A DNA stretch of 63,560 bases, counting the filler, from Octopus bimaculoides (taxonomy: Eukaryota), in the NCBI RefSeq assembly GCF_001194135.2. It is 6 parts of 6 records of this genome, joined end to end, with 100 filler letters (N's around TTAATTAATTAA, not from the genome) between each part and the next. Parts side by side here need not be neighbours in the genome. Positions count along the whole stretch, not along the records: positions 29,996 to 44,635 come from NC_068985.1; positions 44,736 to 51,514 come from NC_068981.1; 4 more parts are not named here. One strand, given 5' to 3'. A program made the position numbers and the translations under genes. Below are positions 35,120-48,600 of this stretch, piece after piece. How positions within the stretch are numbered: position 1 is the stretch's first letter; each line of letters begins with the position of its first letter. Below the pieces are notes generated by a model that saw only the letters and a list, made by a program, of their open reading frames with translations, did no database searches and was not told the DNA's origin.

Positions 35120-36371
35120 TCAGGTCATCCCATAAGTTCTGTCCGAAGTTTGAATAAAGAAAGCAAGTGATCAAATGTTATATTTCATTGAAATTTAATC
35201 ATCAATATACTTTGCCTGATTATTTATGACTTCCTTCCATCTATTTACAAGCCTTTTAATCCCATCAATGTAAAACTCTTTTGGTTTCAAAGCGAAGAAC
35301 TCTGAAATGTCAGTTTTGACCTCCTTCTGGCTTTCGAAAGTTGTCCCCCAAATGATTCTGTAAACTACGAAACAAATGGTAGTCTGAAGGAGCAAGGTCG
35401 AGAGAATAAAGTGGATGAGGAATTTTTCCCAACCAAGCTCTTCGATCTCCTGTGATGTGATCTTTGCACTGTAGGGTCGCGCATTGTCCTGGTGAAACAT
35501 CACCCCTTTTCAATTCACTAAAGCGGGTTTTTCTCTTCAAAGCTTGGTTCAAACGCTCTAATTGCTGACAGTAGACTTGAGCATTGATTGTTGCATTAAG
35601 TGGTCACAATTCAAAGTGAATAACTCCTTTGCAATCCCACCAGATATAGAGAAGAACCTTTTTTCCCATGAAGTTCCATTCTCGGTTGTGGTTGAGCTTT
35701 TTTCCCTTTTACCAAGCCACTGTTTGTAACGCTTAACATTTCGATAGCAGATCTATTTTTCGTCATCAGTCACAAGTCTATCCAAAAAGGGTGAAATGAG
35801 TACGTGAGAATAGAAAGAAGAGCAGATGTCAACTCCGGATTTGCAGTTACTTTCGGACAATTCATGAGGCACCCATTTTCCAAGTTTAGGAACCTTTCCA
35901 AGTTGTTGAAGATGACGATGAACAGTTGTATGGTTTGAACTAAGATTTATTTCCAATTCTTCAACTGATAATGCAGGATTTTCTTCAAGTAATGCCCCAA
36001 GGAGCTTATCATCAAACTCAACTGGGCATCCTGTTCTTTTTCATCTTCAAGGACGAAATCTTCACTTCTGACTTTTGCAAACAATATTCTGCAAGTTCTT
36101 TCATTCAAGCATTCTCTTCCATAAACTGAGTGTGTTCCGAGTCGCTGAGTTTCCTTTGTACCTCTAATGCTCTTTGGATACTTCCATGTTAGAATGGGTT
36201 TTAATCAAAGAAATTTTAATTCTATTATTCTGTGAAATAATAACTAATTAGTTTAAATGTACACATATGCATAAAAATAATTTTTAATTCCATTAGATAT
36301 TCTAAAATATTATTAAATTTCATTCAATTTTAAAAAAGGTAAAATCGGACAGAACTTATGGGATGACCTGA
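35120..36371 (-). mobile_element. Full-length but defective mariner (DD34D) transposon
   Basis: Perfect 27-bp TIRs TCAGGTCATCCCATAAGTTCTGTCCGA, TA TSDs (35118-35119, 36372-36373), length 1252 bp. The frameshifted transposase (about 36187 to 35195) has WVPHEL, LVTDDEK, HQDNARP and PLYSLDLAPSDYHLF, with 34 residues between D2 and D3. Confidence 0.97.
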
Positions 36372-36781
36372 TAATTTCTGAGTTTTCATGACCAGTGCAA
36401 GGAAAGTAGAAAGTTAGCCTCAGATCGTTGACCTGGCCACATGCTTGCAGCAATATAGGAATCCATTACAGGAATGAATCCTAGGCCTAGGAAGTGGTGT
36501 TAAACCGCACAACGTATTAGAACTAGAAACCGACACCCTGTGCCTGTAAGAAGGGTATCATTTACGAGAGTTTAGGTAGTGGTCACGTTTGGAACACATT
36601 TAATCATAAACTTGACGATATGTTAGGTCAACCAGCGAGTACACACTGTGTCGAAAGGAAGGGCATCATTTGCAATAGATTTGGCTATTTGTAGCCACGT
36701 TATAGCTGAGTTTAATCGGGTCTGGCTTGATCCGTATTAAGAACGACAAAAGGCAGCCACAACAATAACAGCAGCAGCAGC

Positions 36782-36813
<32 letters not shown>

Positions 36814-37389
36814 AAATACCAGCACCATCACCAACAACAGCAGCTGTAACAACTGTAACAATTGTCGGCTTTACAGGGATTTCGAAGATCAGAACTGGTT
36901 GGGAAATAGCCTTCGTAACATGTGGCATTCTTGTTGACTGAACAAATGAGAAATTACATGCCTATAACGATAACAACATACGAACCATCAACCTTTTCTT
37001 TGGTTGTCCGTTTCTTCCATTCACTCGGCCGTAAGCAGTCTATACTTCGTAGAAAAAAAAAAAAAGTAGTAATAATAATAAAGTTCGGTAGAGTTAAAAA
37101 CGAAAATAGCAACGACTACACTAGAGCTGACATTTTGATAAGGACAATGAAGAGGCTGTTTCAGCTTTCGAGTGTTCACACACACACACACACACANNNN
37201 NNNNNNNNNNNNNNNNNNNNNNNNNNNNNNNNNNNNNNNNNNNNNNNNNNNNNNNNNNNNNNNNNNNNNNNNNNNNNNNNNNNNNNNNNNNNNNNNNNNN
37301 NNNNNNNNNNNNNNNNNNNNNNNNNNNNNNNNNNNNNNNNNNNNNNNNNNNNNNNNNNNNNNNNNNNNNNNNNNNNNNNNATGTATGTA

Positions 37390-37425
<36 letters not shown>

Positions 37426-37434
37426 TGTGTGTGT

Positions 37435-37470
<36 letters not shown>

Positions 37471-37778
37471 CCTAAGTACCTCTTGTGTTCAGATATCTAC
37501 AGTTAAGTACGAATCTGTTGAGTTGCTTCCCTCACTGTCTATCTGCCTCTCTGTTCTCTTTCTCTTTTTCTCCCTATATAAGTGTGTGTATACATATATT
37601 ATATATATATATGTATGTATTATATATCATATATTCATGTTTATAGATATATGTATGTAAACAGACATAATGTATTATGTATATACAGTTATCTAAACAT
37701 ATGTACGCACACATACACTCGCAAATATTCATATATAAACATACACACACACAGACATAAATATATACAAACATACAC

Positions 37779-37839
<61 letters not shown>

Positions 37840-38455
37840 CATATATATAAATAATAATGATAATAATAATAATAATAATAATAATAAAATGACACAGACA
37901 CACACAAACACACACACACACACACACACACATATATGTATGCATTCACACACACACAAACGCATACCTATTGAATGTATAAATAAAAAGAGAAAGAGAG
38001 TGAGGAGGAAGACTAAAAGAAAGAAAGATAAGGAAAGGAGAGAGAAACAAAAGGTGAGTGCTGGTGACTGACTCGTTATATAAGGCGTAGGTGAGGAATA
38101 TATTAATAGTTTTAAATTTAACTGAAGAGCTGATCTAAAAATATTATAGAATCATTGACGCCGTTTATATAAAAAAAGAGAATCTATTGTTCGTCATACG
38201 ATATTTTTTAACTTTTCTAGTCAATGAAGATCATAGTATGTTTTTGCTTGCTAATGTGCTTCACGTTAGAATTGATAGTGTGTCGAACAAAATTTCAAAT
38301 TCCATCGCAGTCAACTTTGCATTTCATATCCTTTCTGGATCGATAATATAAAGTGCCATTCAAGTACTGGTGTCGATGGTACCGACAAAATAACCCCTCC
38401 CCCGATCCGCGCCATTGCGGTCTCTGTGCGTACTTTAGAAATTGTCGAAGGATAT

Positions 38456-38690
38456 TCTTTTATTTTTTTCCTTGTTTCAGTCGTATTACTGAGGCCATGC
38501 TGCAGCACCGCCTTGAAGGATTTTTGTAGAGCAAATAGTCCTCAGGACTTATTTTTTATAGCCTGGTACTTATTCTATCGGTTTCTTTTGCTGAACTGCT
38601 AAATTACGTGGATGTAAACACACCAACATCGGTTGTCAAAGGGTGATGGGAGGGATAAAGACAGATACAAAGACACACAGACGTAGATAC
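38456..38690 (-). mobile_element. SINE family A 3' half
   Basis: CTTGTTTCAGTCG...GGCCATGCTGCAGCACCGCCTT...GGTACTTATTCTATCGG...AAACACACCAACATCGGTTGTCAA. Confidence 0.8.
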
Positions 38691-39829
38691 ACATACATAA
38701 GGAAGATACACACACACATAAAGAGGTGAAAAGTTAAATAAAAAGGGAGAGAAAGAAGAGAAAGATGAAGAATAAGAGCGAAACAGATCCGCAATTAGCT
38801 GTAGAATCCTTAGCAACAATCGCAGGTCCCTGAAGTTGTTCTTTCAACAGAACAGTCTGTTGTAACACTGTTTGCAGGTCCGAAGATGGTCGCAAGACCC
38901 ATCTTAGTTCCAGGATTACAGATCAACGACCACAACGAGAAGTTACCCCACGTCACTTTGTGCCAATAGGGAGTAAATGGGGATAGGAGAGAAGTGGTAG
39001 ACTGTTGTAAAGTGTAACAAAAGGAAGAAAAGAACACAAAAAAGACCGTCATCGTGAACAATGATGCACAAATCGCACAAAGCACGACACATAACATGAC
39101 TGGGGTGAGATCAAACCGGAGTTCTCTGAAATATAAAAAGAAAATGTCGACGTCTCGACGATGTACTATCTAAGAACGAGAATCTAATTGGTGGAGTTTA
39201 AGAAACGCATATATATATATATATATATTAATATTATCTCAGTTGAAACATATGTAGGAATTAAAGTAACTTTTATTTATATGCGTTTTGCTCCATTTAT
39301 TGTTATTATTCANNNNNNNNNNNNNNNNNNNNNNNNNNNNNNNNNNNNNNNNNNNNNNNNNNNNNNNNNNNNNNNNNNNNNNNNNNNNNNNNNNNNNNNN
39401 NNNNNNNNNNNNNNNNNNNNNNNNNNNNNNNNNNNNNNNNNNNNNNNNNNNNNNNNNNNNNNNNNNNNNNNNNNNNNNNNNNNNNNNNNNNNNNNNNNNN
39501 NNNNNNNNNNNNNNNNNNNNNNNNNNNNNNNNNNNNNNNNNNNNNNNNNNNNNNNNNNNNNNNNNNNNNNNNNNNNNNNNNNNNNNNNNNNNNNNNNNNN
39601 NNNNNNNNNNNNNNNNNNNNNNNNNNNNNNNNNNNNNNNNNNNNNNNNNNNNNNNNNNNNNNNNNNNNNNNNNNNNNNNNNNNNNNNNNNNNNNNNNNNN
39701 NNNNNNNNNNNNNNNNNNNNNNNNNNNNNNNNNNNNNNNNNNNNNNNNNNNNNNNNNNNNNNNNNNNNNNNNNNNNNNNNNNNNNNNNNNNNNNNNNNNN
39801 NNNNNNNNNNNNNNNNNNNNNNNNNNNNN

Positions 39830-40058
39830 TATATGTATATATATGTATGCGTGTGTATGTGTTTGTGTGTCTGTGTTTGTCTCCCCAACATCGCTTGACA
39901 ACCGATGCTGGTGTGTTTATGTCCCCGTAACTTAGCGGTTCAGCAAAAGAGATCGATAGAATAAGTACTAGTCCTGTGGTCGATTTGATCGACTAAAGGC
40001 GGTGCTCCAGCATGGCCACAGTCAAATGACTGAAACAAGTAAAGGAGTAAAAGAGTAA
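39830..40058 (+). mobile_element. SINE family A 3' part emerging from a gap, close to consensus
   Basis: CATCGCTTGACAACCGATGCTGGTGTG...GGCGGTGCTCCAGCATGGCCACAGTCAAATGACTGAAACAAGTAAA. Confidence 0.9.
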
Positions 40059-40441
40059 CAACAAAAGAAAACCCGAAATAGTCTCTTTTGTTATATGCTA
40101 ACGTCGTTCCTATTGTTGTTATTGTTGTTGTGGTGGCCTCTGTTAACAGTTATTCATTTTCATCTTGTCTACCTACCTTCGTTGGTCGTCTCCTTCGTCT
40201 TCATCCTTGCTCTTAATGTTATTGTTGTCCATTAATGTTGTTGTCAGTGGTGCTGCTATTCTTCTCAATGTTCTTATAGTTGTTGCTATTGCTATTATCA
40301 ACATTGTTGCTGCTGCTTCTTCTGTCGTTGCCGCTGCTTTTGTTTGCGTGAGATTCGCACGTTTAATGGATTCATCTAATATTATTAGCGAGGAATTCCT
40401 TTATTGCAAACATGTGTTGGGCAGGGTACGTGCGGTCCTTC

Positions 40442-40484
<43 letters not shown>

Positions 40485-41078
40485 TTGTACTTCTGTGTGT
40501 GTTTGTGTGTTTGTGTGTATATATNNNNNNNNNNNNNNNNNNNNNNNNNNNNNNNNNNNNNNNNNNNNNNNNNNNNNNNNNNNNNNNNNNNNNNNNNNNN
40601 NNNNNNNNNNNNNNNNNNNNNNNNNNNNNNNNNNNNNNNNNNNNNNNNNNNNNNNNNNNNNNNNNNNNNNNNNNNNNNNNNNNNNNNNNNNNNNNNNNNN
40701 NNNNNNNNNNNNNNNNNNNNNNNNNNNNNNNNNNNNNNNNNNNNNNNNNNNNNNNNNNNNNNNNNNNNNNNNNNNNNNNNNNNNNNNNNNNNNNNNNNNN
40801 NNNNNNNNNNNNNNNNNNNNNNNNNNNNNNNNNNNNNNNNNNNNNNNNNNNNNNNNNNNNNNNNNNNNNNNNNNNNNNNNNNNNNNNNNNNNNNNNNNNN
40901 NNNNNNNNNNNNNNNNNNNNNNNNNNNNNNNNNNNNNNNNNNNNNNNNNNNNNNNNNNNNNNNNNNNNNNNNNNNNNNNNNNNNNNNNNNNNNNNNNNNN
41001 NNNNNNNNNNNNNNNNNNNNNNNNNNNNNNNNNNNNNNNNNNNNNNNNNNNNNNNNNNNNNNNNNNNNNNNNNNNNNN

Positions 41079-41121
<43 letters not shown>

Positions 41122-41760
41122 ATGTATATGTATATTTTATGCATGTAAGTTATCTCTGCATGTATATATTTATACTTTTTTGTATGCGTATATACGTGTA
41201 GATGCATTTGTATTTATAAGCAATGTATGTGTTTATTTATGCATATTTATGCCTGTGTAAGGATATAAATGTATGAGTATTGATAGACTTGTGTATATAT
41301 GTGTATACACGTGTTTTCAAATGTTTTATTGGGTAGTGGCAGGGTGCTTCATAACAAAGGCAAACCGAAGGAAAATGAAGGCACGAAGAATTTTAACAGA
41401 GAAATGGCTACAGGAAACGTTGGAAGCTGTTCATTAACGATGTATGGCATGAAGGAGTTGGGTTGAATATGGAAGAAGAGGCGAGGGTTTGGGATCATAG
41501 ATGCAGAAATAAGGAGGCAAAGTAGCGCTGTGATATAGAGATTAAGGCAAAGGAAGAGAGAAAGAGGGGAGAGGGAATGAGAGAGAGGAAAAGACAGAGA
41601 AGGAATGAAAGAGAGAAAGAAGAGAGGGCGCACATATGCCACAAGCACGCTAGCACTTAACATACAGTATGCGTAAATGTCAGAATATAGGAGTATATCT
41701 GCATGTATGCATGTGCTTGCAGTTGCATTCATATATCAATTAGTTACATATACACTTGCA

Positions 41761-41797
<37 letters not shown>

Positions 41798-41977
41798 CAG
41801 ACGCATGCACACGCACAGTTATACGCACACATACATATATATGTATGTGTGATGTATATATATACGCGTGAGTGAGTGTATGTGTGTGTGTGTGTGCACA
41901 TGTATACATATATATGTGTGTATGTATACGTTTATATATGCGTGGGCATATATAAATGTATATATATATATTCATAT

Positions 41978-42016
<39 letters not shown>

Positions 42017-42854
42017 AATANNNNNNNNNNNNNNNNNNNNNNNNNNNNNNNNNNNNNNNNNNNNNNNNNNNNNNNNNNNNNNNNNNNNNNNNNNNNNNNN
42101 NNNNNNNNNNNNNNNNNNNNNNNNNNNNNNNNNNNNNNNNNNNNNNNNNNNNNNNNNNNNNNNNNNNNNNNNNNNNNNNNNNNNNNNNNNNNNNNNNNNN
42201 NNNNNNNNNNNNNNNNNNNNNNNNNNNNNNNNNNNNNNNNNNNNNNNNNNNNNNNNNNNNNNNNNNNNNNNNNNNNNNNNNNNNNNNNNTATATATATAT
42301 ATATATACATATATATGTGTGTGTGTGTGTGTGTGTATCACCATACACCCATAGAAAACCAAACACAATGAGTGTGTGCAAATGTTGGGATGAGCATCCG
42401 GTTTCATATAAAGTAACATAGATAACAATTTTAAAATGAAAAAAAAATGTCGGTGATATCTGGAAATCTGGTATTCCATAGATGAAGAGAAATTATAAAA
42501 GAACTTAAGAAAGCCGCTCAGGCGTTAAAATATTATGTTTGGTTTTAACATTCAAATTTGGGTTTTTCTTTCTTGATGATTCGATATGGAATTTCAGGCC
42601 ATTTCATCCACATTCTATAGATATGTGTAGATATGTGTTTTGTAGCCTTGAATAATATCAGAAAAAAATATAAAGAATTGAAATATATAAACCCTTGCTC
42701 AAATATACGTACGCGCATGAGAACACACGTGCACACATATACATATGCGTGTATTTATGCTTGAGTCCATATATGCTCGAGTCTGTGTATGTTTGATTCT
42801 GTGTATGTTTGAGTTTGTGTGTGCTGAAGTGTGTGTGTGTGTGTGAGCTGAAGT

Positions 42855-42886
<32 letters not shown>

Positions 42887-43265
42887 ATAACTATTTTGAT
42901 CACAAGTTTGAAGGGGAGTAATGCAGCAACAAAACGCCTCCTTCAAAAACATATAACTAGTTTTCACATGCATACATACAAATATACATACATAGATACA
43001 TAGATACATACATACATACATACATACATACATACACCACAGAACCTCCAAAAAGAGACCCCGGTAAAGTAAGCGTTAAGTGCAATGAGATTACCTTACA
43101 CATGAACACACACACACACATACATACACACACTCACACACATGCACATATATATGTAATATACAAGAAATGAGGGCAGGGAATCGTCAATTAATAATAG
43201 AATTAATAATTAACAATTTTGCCAAGTAGTTCAGTATGAAAAAGACCTTTATCGGTAAGACCATT

Positions 43266-43645
43266 TATCATCATAAATATAAGGGATTAGCAATTGAGTT
43301 GCTTCTCCAACATACTGAAAATTTAGAAATAGCAGTCAAAGAACTACTGATTCTAAACTACAAATTTTTCTCTAAAACGGATGGCGATATTTATGGCACA
43401 CATAGAACAAAATAGTGAAATTTTCATTCACTTAACCATGAAACGATTCGTACCCAATTAACTAAAGGCTTGTTTTGTTTGTGCTTTTCCCTCCGGTTTT
43501 TTGTTCTATGTGTGCCATAAATATCGCCATCCGTTTTAGAGAAAAAATTGTAGTTTAGAATCAGTAGTTCTTTGACTGCTATTTCTAAATTTTCAGTATG
43601 TTGGAGAAGCAACTCAATTGCTAATCCCTTATATTTATGATGATA
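43266..43645. repeat. Near-perfect inverted repeat with 147-bp arms and an 86-nt spacer
   Basis: 43266-43412 equals the reverse complement of 43499-43645 except for one mismatch (hand alignment). Confidence 0.92.
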
Positions 43646-44738
43646 TATATGTAATATGTATGTATGCATGCATGTATGCATGTATGTATGTATAAGGTAT
43701 ACAAGACTTGGGCTAATACTTTAAACCCAAGAGATTTCCAGCAGAGACTCAGCCTGCAAACAATCATCGATTAATAGTTATTGATTTTAAAACATTTGGT
43801 TAAGTGTTCTGAGTGTTGGATATATCGCAATATTATACTTACTTATGTGTATAATATAGGAGTATGAGAGTTTATAGTGGCATAATCTATGTAGGCCTAA
43901 TAACTATAGCAACGTAATGTACATTGGCAATACACCCAAAAATTACGCGCGCACACACGCTCACACTCATTATTAATTAATATACGCACTTGAAGCTGTC
44001 TTAGATTAAAATGCTGGTGTGTACACATGGCACGGAAGCGTGGAATGGCCAGTAGCTTTAATACCTTTCCTTATCGAAACGCCTCAAAGACTCCTGCTTG
44101 TTAGATATAATGTACGATTATGAAAGTATATTAGTAATTGCATAGACACTTGCATGCGCATGTGCGCGTGACGCAGATGCACACACATACACACACGTGC
44201 TCCTCCACATATATGTCTACTAAAATCGTGATAACAGGATAATCAGATATGAGATAATAATTCAAAATAAATAACTCTGAAAAGGGATTTTGTGCGTCCG
44301 CAGTGAATATTACCCCCAGCGGCGCTACTGTTGCTATATTCGTGAATAAGTCACTAACCGAAATACGTGGATATATTATTTAGGAAAATACTATTTGCGG
44401 AAATAATTCTAACAGTTCAAATACTAAGAAATAAGTATACTCAATTTGATTTATACCAAATGATTTAGGAAAATGAATGGGTTATTTCCCTTGGGTGTGA
44501 AAATCTGGGCGAATATATATATATATATATATGTATATAAGGATCTTTTCCAAGGGCCCTATGATCGATTTTTTTAAACAATCCGACTATGCTATGAGGT
44601 TTCCAGACATGAGTTCTACTCACTTGTGACGTTTCNNNNNNNNNNNNNNNNNNNNNNNNNNNNNNNNNNNNNNNNNNNNTTAATTAATTAANNNNNNNNN
44701 NNNNNNNNNNNNNNNNNNNNNNNNNNNNNNNNNNNTAT

Positions 44739-44775
<37 letters not shown>

Positions 44776-45722
44776 CATACATACATACATACATACATTC
44801 ATACATACATAGATAGATACATACATAAAAACCTAAATACTTGCATACATTTATAATTGGTGTACCAACCAGCATAGCCACAGCCATTGGGTGAAAACGC
44901 ATAAAATAATAAAACAATAAAAAAATATGTTTGTATGTATGTCTTTTCTTTCTACATATTTAATACATCACTTTGAAGAATTTTGCTCAAACGAATAAAA
45001 CCCATTTGTTAGTTAGTTTAGTCTGATAGTCATTGTATCAGTTGTCTTTCATCGAACCGCTTGGGTTCCTTGAACTTATGTCCAATAAAACCAGTTGTAA
45101 AGCGGTTTGGGGGAGAAACGTAGATACATAAACACACACACACATATATACATATATGTAGATATTTACGTATAAATGCGCTTGTATACTCACACACACA
45201 GATATATATGTATATATATACATATATATATATGTATAATGTAATATAATATAAATGAGTAACAGTATCTGCCAACTGAACTAGTAGCAGAATCATTGTA
45301 AATGTACCTACTTCAACTGAATCATATATATATTTGTGTGTGCACGCGCGCGCCTGTGCTTATTTTTACAAGTATTTTTATTATGTCTTTGCCGCAGGTC
45401 GGTCAGCGTGTATAATATTTTCCAGCCTCTCTAAGCTTTTGATCTCAGCTTGGTTCTCATGAACTTGAATATCTATAAGTTCATTGTCGAACATGTCGAG
45501 GTTGAAATAAAGAATCAATATGACTTGATGCAAATGCAGACATTTAGAAGATAATGTTTTTGAACAGATCTTAGGGTGTGAGACAGTATGTCGGCGTTTG
45601 AAGAAATAAGAATGAAATGGTTGGGTCTGGAAAACAGTGTCCTGCAATCAAGAACACAATAAGATCCCAAAGCAGTGAAGGTAGAATATAAATATGCGAA
45701 GAAACATGAAAGAGAAGTGGAT

Positions 45723-45724
<2 letters not shown>

Positions 45725-45781
<57 letters not shown>

Positions 45782-45910
45782 NNNNNNNNNNNNNNNNGGC
45801 AGAGAGAGAGAGAGAGGCAGAGAGAGAGAGAGAGGCAGAGAGAGAGAGAGAGGCAGAGAGAGAGAGAGGCACAGAGAGAGAGAGAGGCAGAGAGAGAGAG
45901 AGAGAGAGAG
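45725..45910. repeat. (AG)n array with periodic GGC interruptions (about 18-bp higher-order unit)
   Basis: GGCAGAGAGAGAGAGAGA repeated about five times after pure (AG)n. Confidence 0.9.
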
Positions 45911-47479
45911 AAGAAACATGGAGATATAGGACAGATATTAGTTACGTGTAAGTGACAAAATTAATCTGCTCACCAAGAATTTGACTGTGCCCACCATAAG
46001 CACCGCCTTAGATACGATAAATATAATTTATTGTAGCACTGAACTGTTGTAGAAAACCCTCTGTTAATTATATATGAATAAAATTCCCTGATCTTGAGAG
46101 TTCATAATTTAATCTATATGATGTATAGGGATTTCCAAACAAATGACGCAGACATTTCCATCTTTATAACACGACAAGGTTCACAATGTCTTTGTTGCAG
46201 AAATTTGGAGTATATTTCTCGTATAAGGATAACTCTCAGAGATAATTGGAAATCTTGGAAGGCCTAATAATAAACAAGACCATTATCTTCCTCATTAAAA
46301 TTCATAAAATTATAATGCTTTTCTATTCACAGATATAGTTAGTTAAAAAATGTTATTGGGGAGTATATTCTCCTGTTATCACCTGAGCAATGTATTATTC
46401 TTTAATATTCACATATTTTAACTACTTTTCATCAGGCAAAGAAATAAAACTAAAGCCCTCACTGTCCTATTAAATCGTGTACTAGGTCGATGTCCGTTTG
46501 TCAGTTCCTTGTTTATCAATGAATATGTTACGTACCATGTACCGTTGTATACCATGTTATATACCATGTAGATTGTTCAAGGCCAAATACATTGGCGATA
46601 ATATCAGTTGTGTTCATTGAACATAGAAATATGCTTGCGTGTAGGTGCGCATTCAATCTGATTGAGTGAGCTTTATTCCGCATCTTACAAAGACGAAATT
46701 TGACTTATGCACATTTGAAAAAAGAATTTCAACTTGTACTCTATCAATTCATCATTGCCTTTTTTTTTTTTGTACAGGTTCATTAAAACAAAACTTTTCC
46801 CCGTTTTGCCAATGGGAAATATATTTGCCTGGCATCAGTTTTCGAAGACAAAGAATTGTTCAATAACCATCATAACCGAACAGAAAAATCTAGCTAAATA
46901 TTGACATTTGATTCTAAGCATTGTCGTAGTTTTTAGATGAATGGAAATTAGTTCATGTAGATATTATATTATATATTTTGAAATCGCATCATTGAATTTG
47001 TGAAGTGAAATGGAATTAAGCGAAAGGTGAAATCAAATCATACACTGCACCATGCTGGAGCTTATATAAAGGCAATAATCATTCTAAATACGTATACATT
47101 TATTGTCTTGAAACAATGATTCATAATGTTAATCCATTGTTCTCTAGTGACTGCCATATCATCGAATATAACTGAATCATGACAATAAATGTCGAATGTT
47201 ATTTTAATAAAATGTATATAACTAGAATGTTCATAAAATGTATATTACTAGTCTCTTCATAAAATATAAATTCCTGATTATACAATGAAAAATGGATTCA
47301 ATTATGATAAATTTTTTCATACTCTTCTGAATATATATTATTCTATAATAGCATTTGTTTTATCAATATTTATAGGCGTTCAGTTATAGCACAAAACTAT
47401 CATAGAAACACACACACACACACATTCCTTTATGTATTTCATCTAATAATGGAAATGCGTTAGTTCGTAAATACGTGCC

Positions 47480-48600
47480 GCAAATACAGAGGAAATTTGG
47501 CTGTTGCACATCCTTCATATGTACAATTGACATGCACAATGATTTTAATAAATTAGTTAACAGAAGAAGGCCATTGTTTTTGAAATATTTTAGATCTTTC
47601 CTGTCTGGTGAGCATAAGTTATATTTAGACTGGAGACCTGATCCGAACGCTTGTAACAAAGAATAGTTTGCGTAGAGCTCCCATTCAAAATTAAGTAAAG
47701 CACCTCGAAACAGGAAAATAATGAAAAGTATTTGCATACACTTTCCCCACCTTCTAGCGCTAAGCTCCTCTAAACGGCTGAAGAAATGCGGGCACCTCTC
47801 TGCAGTGGGGACACACACGATGAGAGGTTTACAGATACCACCTATGATACATTTCAAGTAGATGACTACCAACTCACTCTCCGGTTTCTGGAAGATCGAA
47901 CATCTTTTGAGATCCACGTCTTTATCAAACAGCACAGAAATTTTGTGCTAAGAAGCGTGTCTTGGATATCATCGTCCAATCGGTGACTATGATATCTAAA
48001 CCTAGCGAACTGAAGTCATTAAACAGGCGAACTGACTTCAAGTTTGACCGCAGGCCATGCACATTTATACACCTCACACTTCGAGCTGCCATGCTGGTTG
48101 AATAAAGAGAAGGGAAGAAAGAAAAATTACTTATCCCATTTAGAGGTTCGAGAGTTTTGGTGACTCTGTTTTCAAGCAAGGGATACCTCCTTTCAATTGA
48201 GAAGTCTTTTAGAAGTCTAGACCAAGGTCTTGCGCTAGAGACTCCCATATCATTATTTACTTTGTGTTCAAACTCTTTTTAAGTTTGGAAGAGCTAGGCT
48301 AGAGAACATTTCTCTCTGTTTCAATCTCTTTCCTTTTGATCAATGAGGCGCATCAGCTATTTGGTACTTCCCCTTATCAGCACAAATTTTGGGGTTGCTA
48401 TATTTATTTTTTGTTCACATTGCCTTTGTGTGTGTTTCTGCTGGTGCTATCTTGTGTATGCTTTCGTTTTGTTGAGGCGGGTGTTGATGCTATATTGATA
48501 GTGTAGTTGTTGCGGTTATGTTTTCGCTTATTGCACGTGGTTTTGGTGATAAGTGGGATTATTGAGCACGGTCTAGCACTTTTGACGTTTTTATTGTGAT
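47480..48600 (-). mobile_element. Tx1/L1-like LINE fragment: ORF1 tail and ORF2 APE endonuclease start
   Basis: The ATG at 48092 gives MAARSVRCINVHGLRSNLKSVRLFNDFSSLGLDII, followed by ...KPLIVCVPTAERCPHFFSRLEE. This matches the N-V-x-G-L, LDII and VYAP...FF..LE pattern of Tx1 ORF2. Heavily degenerate. Confidence 0.65.
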
